64,000 nt of DNA from Candidatus Geocrenenecus huangii (GTDB lineage: Archaea; Thermoproteota; Nitrososphaeria_A; Caldarchaeales; Wolframiiraptoraceae). The notes below the pieces were generated by a model. That model did not search any database. It was not told the DNA's origin and saw nothing but the letters and a program-made list of their open reading frames with translations. Numbering within the stretch: the stretch's first letter is position 1; each line of letters starts with the position of its first letter. Where the stretch lies: the NCBI GenBank assembly GCA_023254095.1, contig JALNLM010000004.1:9359-73358 (forward strand), in the 5' to 3' direction. Below, piece by piece: positions 20,016 to 30,430 of the stretch. Made by a program: the position numbers and the translations under genes.

Positions 20016-20714
20016 TTAAACCTTCAATGCTCTTGAAAGAGTCATTAACTCTGGACCTGTTGTTCTTGCACCGACTATAGCCCCTCTACTGTTAGCTATT
20101 ATCCCACTTCTAACAAAAAGTACCCCATCATTGACTGTTCCGGGAATAAATTCTACTTTGAAGATTTCTGAAAGCTTTTTTTCTTCTTCTCTAGATGCTT
20201 GTACGTGTACGATCCCACCATTATTTGTTACTACCGCTATTGAGCCGACGTATGGTCTATTCGCTATTGTCCCTTGGACGACCTCAACCCCTAAAGTATC
20301 CTGGATTAATCTTACTTCACGTTTATTGAAATAAACACTAACTAGTGCTGCTGTATCGTTCGCCAGTATAAGGTTACCTGTAGCGGTGTATTTGCTCTCC
20401 AAAACCAAGATGTTTGAATCTTTTAGAGAGTTCCTGATCTTTTCTAGTTCTTCATCTAAGACCATGCATGAAATTATTAGCCCATTACTGTTTCCTGCTA
20501 TTAATGGTCCTATCAGGAAAGAGCCCGCAACAGTTGTTTTTATTATATCCGTTCCTAATGCTTTCTCGATAAGCTTCTGGTGTCTAGGTTTTATCTGGGG
20601 AGGGACTACACATATTGTATCTGTTGCAGTAGCGAATAAACCCACTTCGAAGGTGCCGAAGAATTCTTCAACATAAATACCTCGACCCACTAGTTCCTGT
20701 CTGCCCGCTTTCAT
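20016..20714 (-). CDS. eif6: translation initiation factor 6 (aIF6)
   Basis: GNSNG, GNLILAND, GTVN and TTGPEL motifs. Confidence 0.92.
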   Translation of the reverse strand: MKAGRQELVGRGIYVEEFFGTFEVGLFATATDTICVVPPQIKPRHQKLIEKALGTDIIKTTVAGSFLIGPLIAGNSNGLIISCMVLDEELEKIRNSLKDSNILVLESKYTATGNLILANDTAALVSVYFNKREVRLIQDTLGVEVVQGTIANRPYVGSIAVVTNNGGIVHVQASREEEKKLSEIFKVEFIPGTVNDGVLFVRSGIIANSRGAIVGARTTGPELMTLSRALKV

Positions 20715-20727
20715 ACCTCATCTAATC

Positions 20728-21432
20728 CTAGAATTCGATCTGATATAGTGTTGAGATATATGTTCTAGAGATCCCGTCCACGTCTTCAACTTTTAATCCT
20801 AGGTCTAGTAGCTTATTTACAGATTCTATCGCTCTCTTAGCTGCATAGTAATCTGGAGTCATCTCGGATGCCTCGACGAGCATAGATAGATTATCTAGAC
20901 CGCGTTCATCAGCTAGAGTTATCAGTAGTCCTGCAGCTCCAACTATTTGGCCTGCATATACTTTTGCTGGAATCTTCTCGATAACTTTCTTGATAGTTTC
21001 ATGATGGGTTGATGATACATAGACTTCTCTCGCTTCCGAGACTTCTTCTTTACCGTACCCACCGAGAGTCATAATGAAGTTTGCTCCTAGAGCTATGGCC
21101 ACATCCAATATTTTCTCGCACAGCTCGTGTTGCCCGTAACTCGTCGAAGGCTGAGAATTACCGTAAAGAAATAGTATTGGAGTAGGCTTCTCGACAACGT
21201 ATAGATCCGCAAATGCGGGTATAAGCCTACCATCTTGAATATAGATGAGTGATGGAAAATAAGGTGAGTAGAATCTACAAACTTTTCTAGCTCGAAGTTT
21301 ACTCAGCAGATATGCTACTGCAACTTTCGCTACTAGACCTACCCCAGGTAAACCTTCGATCAAGATAGCTCTATCAACACGTATATCTTCAGCTCCAGGC
21401 TCAAAGACTACATCTGTAGTCAAGCTTCTCAT
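20728..21432 (-). CDS. PAC2-family proteasome assembly chaperone
   Basis: EGLPGVGLVAK, TLGG and IVGAAGLL motifs. Confidence 0.88.
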   Translation of the reverse strand: MRSLTTDVVFEPGAEDIRVDRAILIEGLPGVGLVAKVAVAYLLSKLRARKVCRFYSPYFPSLIYIQDGRLIPAFADLYVVEKPTPILFLYGNSQPSTSYGQHELCEKILDVAIALGANFIMTLGGYGKEEVSEAREVYVSSTHHETIKKVIEKIPAKVYAGQIVGAAGLLITLADERGLDNLSMLVEASEMTPDYYAAKRAIESVNKLLDLGLKVEDVDGISRTYISTLYQIEF

Positions 21433-21654
21433 TCCCTACAGTAGTCTAACCATATTTAAGGGTTGACCGTATAAACACTGATTGACACTACTGGATAGGT
21501 AGGTTCAAATAATGTGTCAACAACTAAAATCGGTCTAATAGAGATATAGGATGTTAGAGGTTCAGGTATAACTTATTACTGGATATAAGGTTTACTACAT
21601 GGATTACTTAATCTATGTAATAGAGTAATGGTTACAGGACCGTGGTGACTGGTC

Positions 21655-23199
21655 ATGTTTGAAGTAGTTGTTGAAGACCTACTTGGTAGGATTGGTAGAC
21701 TGGAGACTAAGAATGGCAAGAAGATTGAAACCCCCGTCTTCCTCCCCGTAATTAACCCCGTAACGCAAGATATCTCTGCTAGATGGATGAAGGAAAATCT
21801 TAAAGCAGACATCGTGATAACTAATGCATACATACTTTACAAGAGGTTTAGAGATGAAGCAGTAAAGAATACTGTTCACTCTATACTAGGTTTTGACGGA
21901 GTAGTAATGACGGATAGTGGAGGATACCAGATGCTTGAGTACGGTGAAGTCGAGGCCACACCTGAAGAGATAGCTTTATTCGAGGAGGATATTAAGACGG
22001 ATATTGCGGTGCCTTTAGATGTCCCAACAGGACTGGGTGATAGAAGACGTGCAGAAGAATCTGTAGAAAAGACTTTGAGGAATCTTGAAGCAACATTGAA
22101 GATTCTAGGAAGTAGAAGGGATAGGAACTGTCTATGGGTTGGGACAATCCAAGGCGGAGTACATCTAGACCTAGTCTCGTACTGTGCTGAAAAGTTGAAG
22201 AAAATGGATTTCGACATGTATGCCTTAGGTAGCCCAACCCCGTTAATGGAGGGTTATAGATTCAATAAATTATTCCAAATGATCATAGCTGCTAAGACGT
22301 CTATTGAATACAGTAAGCCATTACATCTATTTGGCGCAGGTCATCCTATGATATTTTCCTTCATAGTTGCTCTCGGAGCAGACATGTTTGATTCGGCGAG
22401 CTACTATCTATACGCCAAGGATGGTAGATACATCACACAGACTGGAACAATGAAGCTGGACAAGATGGATTACCTCCCATGTAGTTGCCCAACATGCTCT
22501 AGGACTAATGTAAAAGAACTGAGAGAGCTACCTACGAGGGAGCAAGTAGATGCGGTGGCCAAGCATAACTTATACGTATGCTTTAAAGAAATCTTAGAAA
22601 TTAAGCAAGCAATTAGAGATGGAAGATTGTTCGAGCTACTAGAGGTAAGAGCAAGAAGTCATCCAAGCATCTATCAAGCATTCAGAGATATTATGAAGAG
22701 AGAAGACCTACTCGCTCTAATGGAGCAACATACTCCAATATACTCTAGACGTGGGATAAACTTTTTCGACAATCTTAGTTTGAATAGACCAGAAGCTAGA
22801 CGTGCGAGGAGAAAATTGTTAGATAGTGTTTTCAAAGAAAGAGTAAAGCAGAAGGCTATTCTTCTTCCTTACACTATAAAGATTAGTCTAGAAAAGATAA
22901 GAAAAACCATAAATGAGAAAAGCTTATCTGAATATGATATCCTACTGTACGGTTCACCTTATGGTTTAATACCAGATGAGATAAAATATGTCTATCCTTT
23001 TTCTCAAACAGTCTACCCTCAAGATCTAGTATTAGATGAACAAGTAATAGACACGGTTATCGAGCAAATAGAAAAAGCTGGATACAAAGAATTGAGAATC
23101 ATAGAAGCTAGAAAACCGTACATACGAGAAGCTATTAATCGAGTCTTAGAAAAACTAAAGAGTAAAAACGTGAAAACCGACATAATCTCTTTTAGATAA
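21655..23199 (+). CDS. tgtA: archaeosine tRNA-guanine(15) transglycosylase
   Basis: TDSGGYQ, HLFGAGHP, DMFDSASY and CSCPTC motifs. Confidence 0.93.
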   Translation: MFEVVVEDLLGRIGRLETKNGKKIETPVFLPVINPVTQDISARWMKENLKADIVITNAYILYKRFRDEAVKNTVHSILGFDGVVMTDSGGYQMLEYGEVEATPEEIALFEEDIKTDIAVPLDVPTGLGDRRRAEESVEKTLRNLEATLKILGSRRDRNCLWVGTIQGGVHLDLVSYCAEKLKKMDFDMYALGSPTPLMEGYRFNKLFQMIIAAKTSIEYSKPLHLFGAGHPMIFSFIVALGADMFDSASYYLYAKDGRYITQTGTMKLDKMDYLPCSCPTCSRTNVKELRELPTREQVDAVAKHNLYVCFKEILEIKQAIRDGRLFELLEVRARSHPSIYQAFRDIMKREDLLALMEQHTPIYSRRGINFFDNLSLNRPEARRARRKLLDSVFKERVKQKAILLPYTIKISLEKIRKTINEKSLSEYDILLYGSPYGLIPDEIKYVYPFSQTVYPQDLVLDEQVIDTVIEQIEKAGYKELRIIEARKPYIREAINRVLEKLKSKNVKTDIISFR

Positions 23200-23335
23200 C
23201 ATTGCCTCGGCCGGGATTGATGTGTTCACCGATATATCCAAATGCAGGGTTAGTATGAACTATTAAGAGTTTTGAACAAATATTTATCTTATCGGCTTCA
23301 AAGTAATATCCTCGAAGAAGATTAACATAATCATC

Positions 23336-23342
23336 GGAGGTG
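23336..23342 (+). promoter_or_regulatory. Shine-Dalgarno GGAGGTG
   Basis: 8 nt upstream of the in-frame TTA at 23351. Confidence 0.6.
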
Positions 23343-23350
23343 GCGAAACC

Positions 23351-24607
23351 TTAGAATTAAAATTTCTTGGAGGAGCCCAAGAAGTAGGTAGATCAGCTAT
23401 ACTTGTTAAAACACAGGAGGCACGAATACTCCTAGATTACGGTGTTCAATTGAGTGAGCCGGAACCATTGTTTCCATCTCATGTAGCAGCTAGAGATATC
23501 GACGCCGTCATCGTATCTCACGCCCATCTAGACCATAGTGGTGCGGCTCCACTCTTTATGTTAAATAATGGAGTAAAAATCTATGCTACACCTATGACTT
23601 TCAAGGTAGCGGATCTTCTCTTAAGAGATTTCCTGAAGCTGGCAGGCTACTATCTACCCTATGAAACATTAGAAGTTGAAGAGATGGTCAGGAAGGGTAT
23701 CGACGTAAGCTATGGAGAGACCGTTAAGATAAAAGATGCTGAGATAAGTTTCATAGATGCAGGGCATATTCCTGGAAGCTTCCAAGTCTTAATAAATGCT
23801 GATAAAACCCTTCTCTACACAGGCGATTTTACAACAATTAAGACCAGACTTCAAAAAGGAGCAGAACTTGGGCCTAAAGATGTAGATGGAGTAATCATAG
23901 AATCAACCTATGCTCTTGAAGACCATCCTGAGAGAAAGAATCTAGAAAAAGAATTCGTGACAAGGGTCAGAGAAGTCATAGACAATGGTGGAAGAGTACT
24001 TGTCCCCGCTTTCTCCGTGGCCAGATCTCAAGAGATAATGTGTGTACTGGAAGCATACAACTTCAGGGAGCCTGTCTACATTGATGGTATGAGTATAAAA
24101 GTTCTAGACATATATCTTGAGATGAGCGAATACATTGATGGAAGACAGTTATTGTATCAAGCAAGCAAGCACGTTAATAGAGTAACAAGTAGCAAGAAGA
24201 GAGGACAAGCATTAAGCGAGGCTTCTGTAATAATCAGTCCAGCAGGTATGCTGAAGGGCGGACCCGCAGTCATCTATGCTGGAGAATTAGCTGAAGATGA
24301 AAAATCAGCAATATTCCTTGTAAGCTTCCAGCTTCCTGATACTCCTGGAGCTAGACTTCTAAATGAGAAAAGACTTATACATGGACAACTAGATATCAAG
24401 GTTAAAGCGCAAGTTGAGCAATTCAAGTTTAGCTCACATGCTGGCAGAACTCAGCTACACCAATTCTTGAAGAGATTTGACCCGGGCGTTAAAGTATTTG
24501 CGATACATGGTGAACCTCAAGCAACGAGCGACTTGGTCGGGTTCTGTAGGAATGAGCTAGGCGTGGAAGCAGTAGCTCCTATCAGAGAGGAAGAATACGT
24601 TATCTAG
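23351..24607 (+). CDS. beta-CASP MBL-fold ribonuclease (aCPSF2-like)
   Basis: SHAHLDH, AGHIPG, SSHA and HGE motifs; the conserved N-terminus LELKFLGGAQEVGRS lies in frame upstream of the called start at 23450. Confidence 0.88.
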   Translation, partial: LELKFLGGAQEVGRSAILVKTQEARILLDYGVQLSEPEPLFPSHVAARDIDAVIVSHAHLDHSGAAPLFMLNNGVKIYATPMTFKVADLLLRDFLKLAGYYLPYETLEVEEMVRKGIDVSYGETVKIKDAEISFIDAGHIPGSFQVLINADKTLLYTGDFTTIKTRLQKGAELGPKDVDGVIIESTYALEDHPERKNLEKEFVTRVREVIDNGGRVLVPAFSVARSQEIMCVLEAYNFREPVYIDGMSIKVLDIYLEMSEYIDGRQLLYQASKHVNRVTSSKKRGQALSEASVIISPAGMLKGGPAVIYAGELAEDEKSAIFLVSFQLPDTPGARLLNEKRLIHGQLDIKVKAQVEQFKFSSHAGRTQLHQFLKRFDPGVKVFAIHGEPQATSDLVGFCRNELGVEAVAPIREEEYVI

Positions 24608-25056
24608 AGTTTTCTAAGTGTTGTGTAGGGCTTACTGCCTATCAATCTGTTATGTTCTTTCATTATGCATCTATTCCAGACTACTATTAAGCCTCCATTC
24701 TTAGCTATCTCAACAGCCTGAGCATTGTATATTCCTTCTTGAAGCCACAATACTTTGGCTTTTTTCTTTACAGCCTCTTCGGCAACTTCAGGGGTGTGTT
24801 CTGGTCTCCTGAAGACATCTACAACTTCAACGTCTTCTGGTATTTCATTTAAGCTTGGATAAGATTTTAAGCCGAGCACTTCATCTACTGTAGGATTTAC
24901 AGGGATAATCTTGTATCCGTGCCTTATCAGAAATTTCGGTACATAGTGTCCAGGCTTCATAGGATCTTTACTCATACCAACGACGGCGATCACTCTGTAT
25001 TTCTCAAGAACATTCTTTATTTCCTCATCACTTAAACCGTCATGCGGTATACTCAT
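24604..25056 (-). CDS. CoA-binding protein (YccU-like)
   Basis: IAVVGMS, PVNP, VDVFR, WLQEG and NRCI motifs. Confidence 0.9.
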   Translation of the reverse strand: MSIPHDGLSDEEIKNVLEKYRVIAVVGMSKDPMKPGHYVPKFLIRHGYKIIPVNPTVDEVLGLKSYPSLNEIPEDVEVVDVFRRPEHTPEVAEEAVKKKAKVLWLQEGIYNAQAVEIAKNGGLIVVWNRCIMKEHNRLIGSKPYTTLRKL

Positions 25057-25198
25057 GATAAGAATCTAGAAGAATACACAATATAAAGTTTCATAATTTT
25101 ATCCATACTGAGTAACTCGGCTGATATCTAGAGGGGGTCGTCTATAAGTTTGTGGAAGTTGCTGGTTAGCATGGTTAATATATTGGGGAAAACTTAGT

Positions 25199-25630
25199 TT
25201 GCTCATGGTTATGCTACTTAAGTCAAGCGCTGTTCTAGTAGAAAATTATAGAAGCATAGTTGATAATGATAGGGGTCATAGCGTGGTCATCGACCTGCCA
25301 TTCGAGCAGGGTGGAGGTGATACTGGACCAACATCTCTAGAACTCGCAGTTATGGGTTTAGCTGGATGCGTTATAACAATCTATGCATTAATTGCCTCTA
25401 AGAGAAGATTTAAATTTAATGGAATGAAGGTAGAGGTTGAAGCAGAGAAACCGGATACAGAGAAGACTATAACGAAAGCAAGAGGAAATGTAACTATATG
25501 GGCTGAAGATGAGAAGGAAGCTGAAACAATCTTCAGATTAACACTTGAAAACTGCCCGGTAGGGGTACTCTTCGAGAATGCGGGAATACATCCGGAATGG
25601 AGTCTGAAAATAGAGAAAACAAAACAATAA
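25199..25630 (+). CDS. OsmC family protein
   Basis: GGGDTGPTSLEL..LAGC and CPV motifs. Confidence 0.88.
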   Translation: MLMVMLLKSSAVLVENYRSIVDNDRGHSVVIDLPFEQGGGDTGPTSLELAVMGLAGCVITIYALIASKRRFKFNGMKVEVEAEKPDTEKTITKARGNVTIWAEDEKEAETIFRLTLENCPVGVLFENAGIHPEWSLKIEKTKQ

Positions 25631-25690
25631 ACAGATAGAATAAAGCTAGAAGAGTAAAACTCAAATAAATATCGGTATAGTATATAGTCG

Positions 25691-25784
<94 letters not shown>

Positions 25785-26001
25785 CATTCTCCTCTTAACA
25801 TTAAGTTTGATAACATGCATCACATGTTTAATACTTCGATGAAGAAAGAAGAGAAATAAGGCCCATACGTGGTGGTCCCTCTTCTTCTAACACATCCCTT
25901 TAAATTGGTTCTCTTCCTCATATAAGATACAATATTGATTGATCTAAAATTCTTATATTCTCTATAAAGAAAAATGATATGAAGGTAGGGTGTTTATCTT
26001 T

Positions 26002-27501
26002 TTACTTTGCATGAATTCTTCTTGACCCGTATTTGATTTTTACCCCTCTACCTGTTATCCATGCTAGGAATGTGTATAAGGTGATTATTGATAGATATGT
26101 GTTGTAGAATATGTAAAGTGGCAGATATAACAGTAGAGATATCTTCCCATGATATCGGTATATTGATAATGGTAAAGCTCTACTTACTACGAATATAGTG
26201 AAGCTCATCAACGAGTACGGTAGAAAGTATGCTAGGTATGCTTGCCCCATGACTATTCCGAGAACAGGTATCGACAACAGTATAATCATCGAGATAGGGG
26301 TTAGAATGTATCCTAGCCAAGCCCATACAACCCATGGATCCTTAAGAGACCACCTATGAAGTCTTATGGTTTGGAGTACTCCGTAAAGCCATCTTACACG
26401 TTGTTTGGTAAAAGCTGAAAGATTGCTAGGTGCCTCAGTAAAGCTTACAGAGTCTACTTCTTGGCCTATCTTCCAATTATTCCTTCTAACCTCGAAAGTG
26501 TAGTCAGCATCCTCGGTCACAGTCCTATCGGATACAGTAATATTCTTCGCAACTTCGCTTCTATATATGCATCCGGCTCCGGGACATATGATGACGTTCC
26601 TGCTTATCGACTGACCATATCGAACTATTAACTGTTCGAATAGATACTCTATCATCTGCAACCTTGTAAGTATACCTCTATCATTAGAGATCGAAACCAT
26701 TGAAGCCGCTGCACCTATTCTTTCATCATTGAATGTCGAGAGGACCTTCTCGATATTGTCTGGAGCTAAGACTGTGTCTGCATCCATATGGTAGACGTAT
26801 TCCCCCTCAGCCTCCTTTATCCCGGAATTCAATGCTTCAAATTTACCGAGATTCTTCTCATGTCTAACTAACTTGACACGGTCTCCATAAGCATCAACGT
26901 ATTTTGAAATAATCTTTGAAGTATTATCTGTTGAGCCATCATCAACTACTATAATTCTTGTATTCGGGTAGGTTTGATTTAACACTGATTCAATCGCATT
27001 CTCTATACTGGATTCTTCGTCGTATGCAGGTATTATTACTGAGACTTCCGGTAGAGATCCCCCATTAAACATTTCATACACTCTTACAGGCGGGTAACGA
27101 GAGTCTTCGTTATTCTTCACCATAAGGAGAAATGCTGCAAAAGACAATGAGATAGTTAGGTAGCCTATCCATGAAATAATGTCCGCCGGAGAATAGTAGA
27201 CTAGTAGTATGCCTAAGATAGCTATCACTACAGGGATAGCATAGACTGAAGCGTTTTCACCGTGTCTCCTACTCGTTCTACCTAATACAGCGTATGTAGT
27301 GAAGAAAGTTGTTGGAAGAACGAACGTGAATAGGAATGCTATCCATGAAATATTTATCAGCATCGTTGCCCATGAAGGTACGTTAGTTGCATCTACTTGA
27401 ACGAAGCGGTTTATTAGAGATGGAGAAAGACCGACGAGAACCGTTAGAACTGCTGCAAAAACAAAAGCTAGAAACTTTTTGAAAATAGACATATTATTCA
27501 A
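26002..27501 (-). CDS. GT2 processive glycosyltransferase (PgaC/IcaA/cellulose-synthase-like)
   Basis: DDGS, DAD, TED and QRVRW motifs; TM helices at both ends. Confidence 0.88.
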   Translation of the reverse strand: MNNMSIFKKFLAFVFAAVLTVLVGLSPSLINRFVQVDATNVPSWATMLINISWIAFLFTFVLPTTFFTTYAVLGRTSRRHGENASVYAIPVVIAILGILLVYYSPADIISWIGYLTISLSFAAFLLMVKNNEDSRYPPVRVYEMFNGGSLPEVSVIIPAYDEESSIENAIESVLNQTYPNTRIIVVDDGSTDNTSKIISKYVDAYGDRVKLVRHEKNLGKFEALNSGIKEAEGEYVYHMDADTVLAPDNIEKVLSTFNDERIGAAASMVSISNDRGILTRLQMIEYLFEQLIVRYGQSISRNVIICPGAGCIYRSEVAKNITVSDRTVTEDADYTFEVRRNNWKIGQEVDSVSFTEAPSNLSAFTKQRVRWLYGVLQTIRLHRWSLKDPWVVWAWLGYILTPISMIILLSIPVLGIVMGQAYLAYFLPYSLMSFTIFVVSRALPLSIYRYHGKISLLLYLPLYIFYNTYLSIITLYTFLAWITGRGVKIKYGSRRIHAK

Positions 27502-27858
27502 CCAATCTTTGCTTGCTTAACATCGGATAAATTGCTATAAAGACAGAACATATTAACTTAGATATGGGTTAACTTATTTACAAGGTTTAACTCATTTCCT
27601 AGATTATTGGTAATATTCTAATCAAGCTTTGAATTATTCGTTAAGCGATCATCCATAATATCTAGGGAAAGATTTGCACTAGAGAACAAGCTATTCCAGA
27701 TCTAGATGCTTAGAGAATAATGATGTGTAGTGAATACGCAGAATGCGAGTTTCTCTCTGATGGATTATTCTAAACCCGAACCTCTTTAGGGATAGTGTTG
27801 ACCTTTTATAATATTATAGAGAAAAACCTAAAATACGGTGGAGAGAAGTAATTTAACG

Positions 27859-27970
27859 GCGGCCGTAGTCTAGTCTGGTAGGACATCTTAAGAGAACTAA
27901 AACCAGCCTGCCAACAACATAATGAGAGGTAGAACGCTGGTGGTCGCGGGTTCAAATCCCGCCGGCCGCA
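27859..27970 (+). tRNA. tRNA-Gly(GCC) with two introns (25/26: 27885-27901; 37/38: 27914-27934)
   Basis: Removing both inserts gives a complete cloverleaf; BHB helices TAGG/ACTA and CTGC/GTAG. Confidence 0.9.
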
Positions 27971-28175
27971 AATTCATATTCACATAGGTCTTGTCAAGCT
28001 AGACTCATCTATTTTTCGTCTTCTCGATACGGAGGCCTAACGTATTGTTTATAGTAAATTGGGATGAACTTGGATCAATTATGATAACAGATGATGGATG
28101 AATACGAACTATCTGTCAATGTATGATGTCTTAACGTGTTCCTCAACTGATTGAGACATTCATTAACCTTGGAGA

Positions 28176-28478
28176 TTATTTTCGTTCTCTTAACTTCTTT
28201 CTTGCTAGAGATTCGATGATCGCTGCCTCCTTTTCTACATCATCAATTACGTAGCTTGGTCTACTAAATACATAGTGAAAAACTAATCCAAGGCCCCAGC
28301 CTGCTAATGGCCATACAAACCATATATTGCTATGAGATGTCCATAAATTAATAAACACTAGAAAAGCATTAACAATGATATATGCAGTCAAATGAGCTAT
28401 AAATCCTCTTCTAGCCTCCTTTACTTTATGTTCCTTCCATGCTTCTTTAAACTCTTCTAATGACACTGTTTCACTCAT
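28176..28478 (-). CDS. 2TM domain-containing protein
   Basis: GFIAHLTAYIIVN..WFVWPLAGWGLGLVFH. Confidence 0.85.
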   Translation of the reverse strand: MSETVSLEEFKEAWKEHKVKEARRGFIAHLTAYIIVNAFLVFINLWTSHSNIWFVWPLAGWGLGLVFHYVFSRPSYVIDDVEKEAAIIESLARKKLRERK

Positions 28479-28630
28479 GTCCAGATAACGTTTCTTCCAT
28501 GCTTATAAATGTTAAATCTTAATTAAGGTTGGAAAATTTTGAAAGAGAAAATACCCAATAATGAATATGAATGACGTGAAAGAATTGTTGTATATAAAAA
28601 TTGTATATAAAAAATATGGGAAGGGTAAAA

Positions 28631-29098
28631 CTACATAAGTTTGGCGAATTCTTCATGTTCGATCTTCATGTGCTCCATCAACAGAGAGTGCATTTGGTTG
28701 TTTACTGCATCAACCCTATCTTTCAGTTCCCATTCTTCAATCTTCATGAAGCGGTAATCATCTATCGCTTTTCTTAAATCGTCGAGCATTAGGTTCAGCC
28801 TCCTATGATCTTCTTTCAATCTTAATGTTACTTCGAGTCTTCCTCTTTCATCCATATCTGGATATATCCAATATTCTTCTTTAATCTCGTGAACCGCAAA
28901 CTTTGACATGAATAGATAAACTCTTGAGTAAATATCAGAGAGAAGCCCGAATACTTCATGGAGCTCTTCTTTACTTTTGGGTCTCTTTTCACCCGCCTTG
29001 ACAACAATCTCTCTGACATCACTCCATTCTTTTAGTAGAGAATCATGCTCAGAAAGAATCTCTTTCACCATATCTCTTAACTTCATGGGAGCACTCAT
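28631..29098 (-). CDS. hemerythrin-like (HHE) protein
   Basis: EH, HEIKEE, DH and HMKIE ligand pattern. Confidence 0.8.
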   Translation of the reverse strand: MSAPMKLRDMVKEILSEHDSLLKEWSDVREIVVKAGEKRPKSKEELHEVFGLLSDIYSRVYLFMSKFAVHEIKEEYWIYPDMDERGRLEVTLRLKEDHRRLNLMLDDLRKAIDDYRFMKIEEWELKDRVDAVNNQMHSLLMEHMKIEHEEFAKLM

Positions 29099-29315
29099 AT
29101 TCTCAGAAAATTTTTAAACTATAGAAGTAGATAAATATTTGTTTCAATCACAATGAATTTTGTAATTATTTAATATTCTTCTATAAAGGTTATTAACATT
29201 GTCTTAATCTCTTTCCTTGTCTTTAATAAATCAAAATTAAGATTCGTGACCTACAGACTATTCTAAGAAGATAATAAAGACAGCCTTTATCAGAGACTTA
29301 AAAAATAATAGAGTG

Positions 29316-29771
29316 TTATTCTAGCTTTGGAAATTCTGCATCCTCTATTCCTATATGTTCCAATATGATGCCTGTTGCTTCCTTATGTATTTTCAGCATC
29401 CTTTCTACCAATTCTTTTGCAGAAATCTTTTCGAACCGATAGTCCTCCAGAAGAGTTCTCATGTCTTCGAGTAGACCATCTAACTTTCTATGGTCATCTA
29501 GCAATCTAAATACTATGGATTCTTTTCCTCTTTCACTCATCTCGGGGAATATGAATCGTTCTTCTTTGATTTCATGTAGCTTAAACTTAGACATAAAGAT
29601 ATGAGACCTCCCGAAAAGATCGGTTAACGGCTTCAAGAATCTATATTTCTCTTCTTTCATTTTGGGTTCTTCAATTATAACATCTTTTACGATATTCTGG
29701 ATGTCTTGCCATTCATTCGATAATAAAATATGTTCAGCTAACACTTCCCTGATTAGCGTTTCTAGACTCAT
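29316..29771 (-). CDS. hemerythrin-like (HHE) protein, paralog of 28631..29098
   Basis: EH, HEIKEE, DH and HIGIE ligand pattern. Confidence 0.8.
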   Translation of the reverse strand: MSLETLIREVLAEHILLSNEWQDIQNIVKDVIIEEPKMKEEKYRFLKPLTDLFGRSHIFMSKFKLHEIKEERFIFPEMSERGKESIVFRLLDDHRKLDGLLEDMRTLLEDYRFEKISAKELVERMLKIHKEATGIILEHIGIEDAEFPKLE

Positions 29772-29902
29772 GTGGACTTAAATGGAGATACAATATAACA
29801 ACTTTCTTGAATCTAAAATCCTAGTGTAAAAAGATCAAGTATATAATGTCCTCTTATACATTATCTTCGCTAGTCAATCTTAACTTTCTAATATCTTGGT
29901 AA

Positions 29903-29945
29903 GTTATCTTCACGATAACGATGTTTTCAAAAATCTAATATAGTA
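29903..29945 (+). promoter_or_regulatory. inverted repeat GTTATC-N5-GATAAC plus BRE/TATA of the PqqD-like gene
   Basis: Perfect 6-5-6 palindrome at 29903-29919; AAAATCTAATATAGTA at 29930-29945. Confidence 0.5.
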
Positions 29946-29965
29946 GTCCAAGAACATATATTTCA

Positions 29966-30220
29966 ATGGAAGAGGTCAAGTTTAAGCGTAAGGGAGAACT
30001 AGTCAAAGATGATGAAGGAAATCTTCTACTTGTAAACGAGCTCAACGAAGCATATAGAGTAGATGAAGTCGTAGCCTATATCTGGAGCATATGTGATGGT
30101 AAGACCTTTAATGAAGTTGCCGTAGAACTCGCAAGCCAAGGAGAAGTAGATATAGAAGAAGTTAAACCACCCCTTCAAGATCTGATATTAAAGCTTAGGT
30201 CTGCTTCATTAATTGAGTAA
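29966..30220 (+). CDS. stand-alone PqqD/RRE-fold protein
   Basis: Three beta strands, then AYIWSICDGKT..E and L..L....LIE. Confidence 0.8.
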   Translation: MEEVKFKRKGELVKDDEGNLLLVNELNEAYRVDEVVAYIWSICDGKTFNEVAVELASQGEVDIEEVKPPLQDLILKLRSASLIE

Positions 30221-30430
30221 ACAATAGTTAGTTTCTCCCTACGTTTAGAATGAAATTGGGCATATTCTCTATAGAGCTAGTTAAGTTTATAATATAGCCG
30301 CATTTAGCTGTGAATATCGTTGGAAACGTATTGATAATATAATCTGTATCGCTTATAGCATTCATCAATAGATTAAGTAACATAATCGACTCGCAGCTTT
30401 TAAGGTATGATTATTGATTTTGTACCTAGT

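Noticed and set aside
27714-27771. C/D-like element (ATGATGT...CAGA...CTGA) inside an 8-bp inverted repeat
   Set aside because: Box C is imperfect, the second guide is only about 8 nt, and no rRNA or tRNA target was recognised.
28116-28154. K-turn-like ATGATGT...CTGA hairpin after tRNA-Gly(GCC)
   Set aside because: Boxes are degenerate and no target was identified.
28588-28613. Tandem TTGTATATAAAAA x2
   Set aside because: Short AT-rich duplication, most likely the T-rich terminator region of the minus-strand hemerythrin gene.
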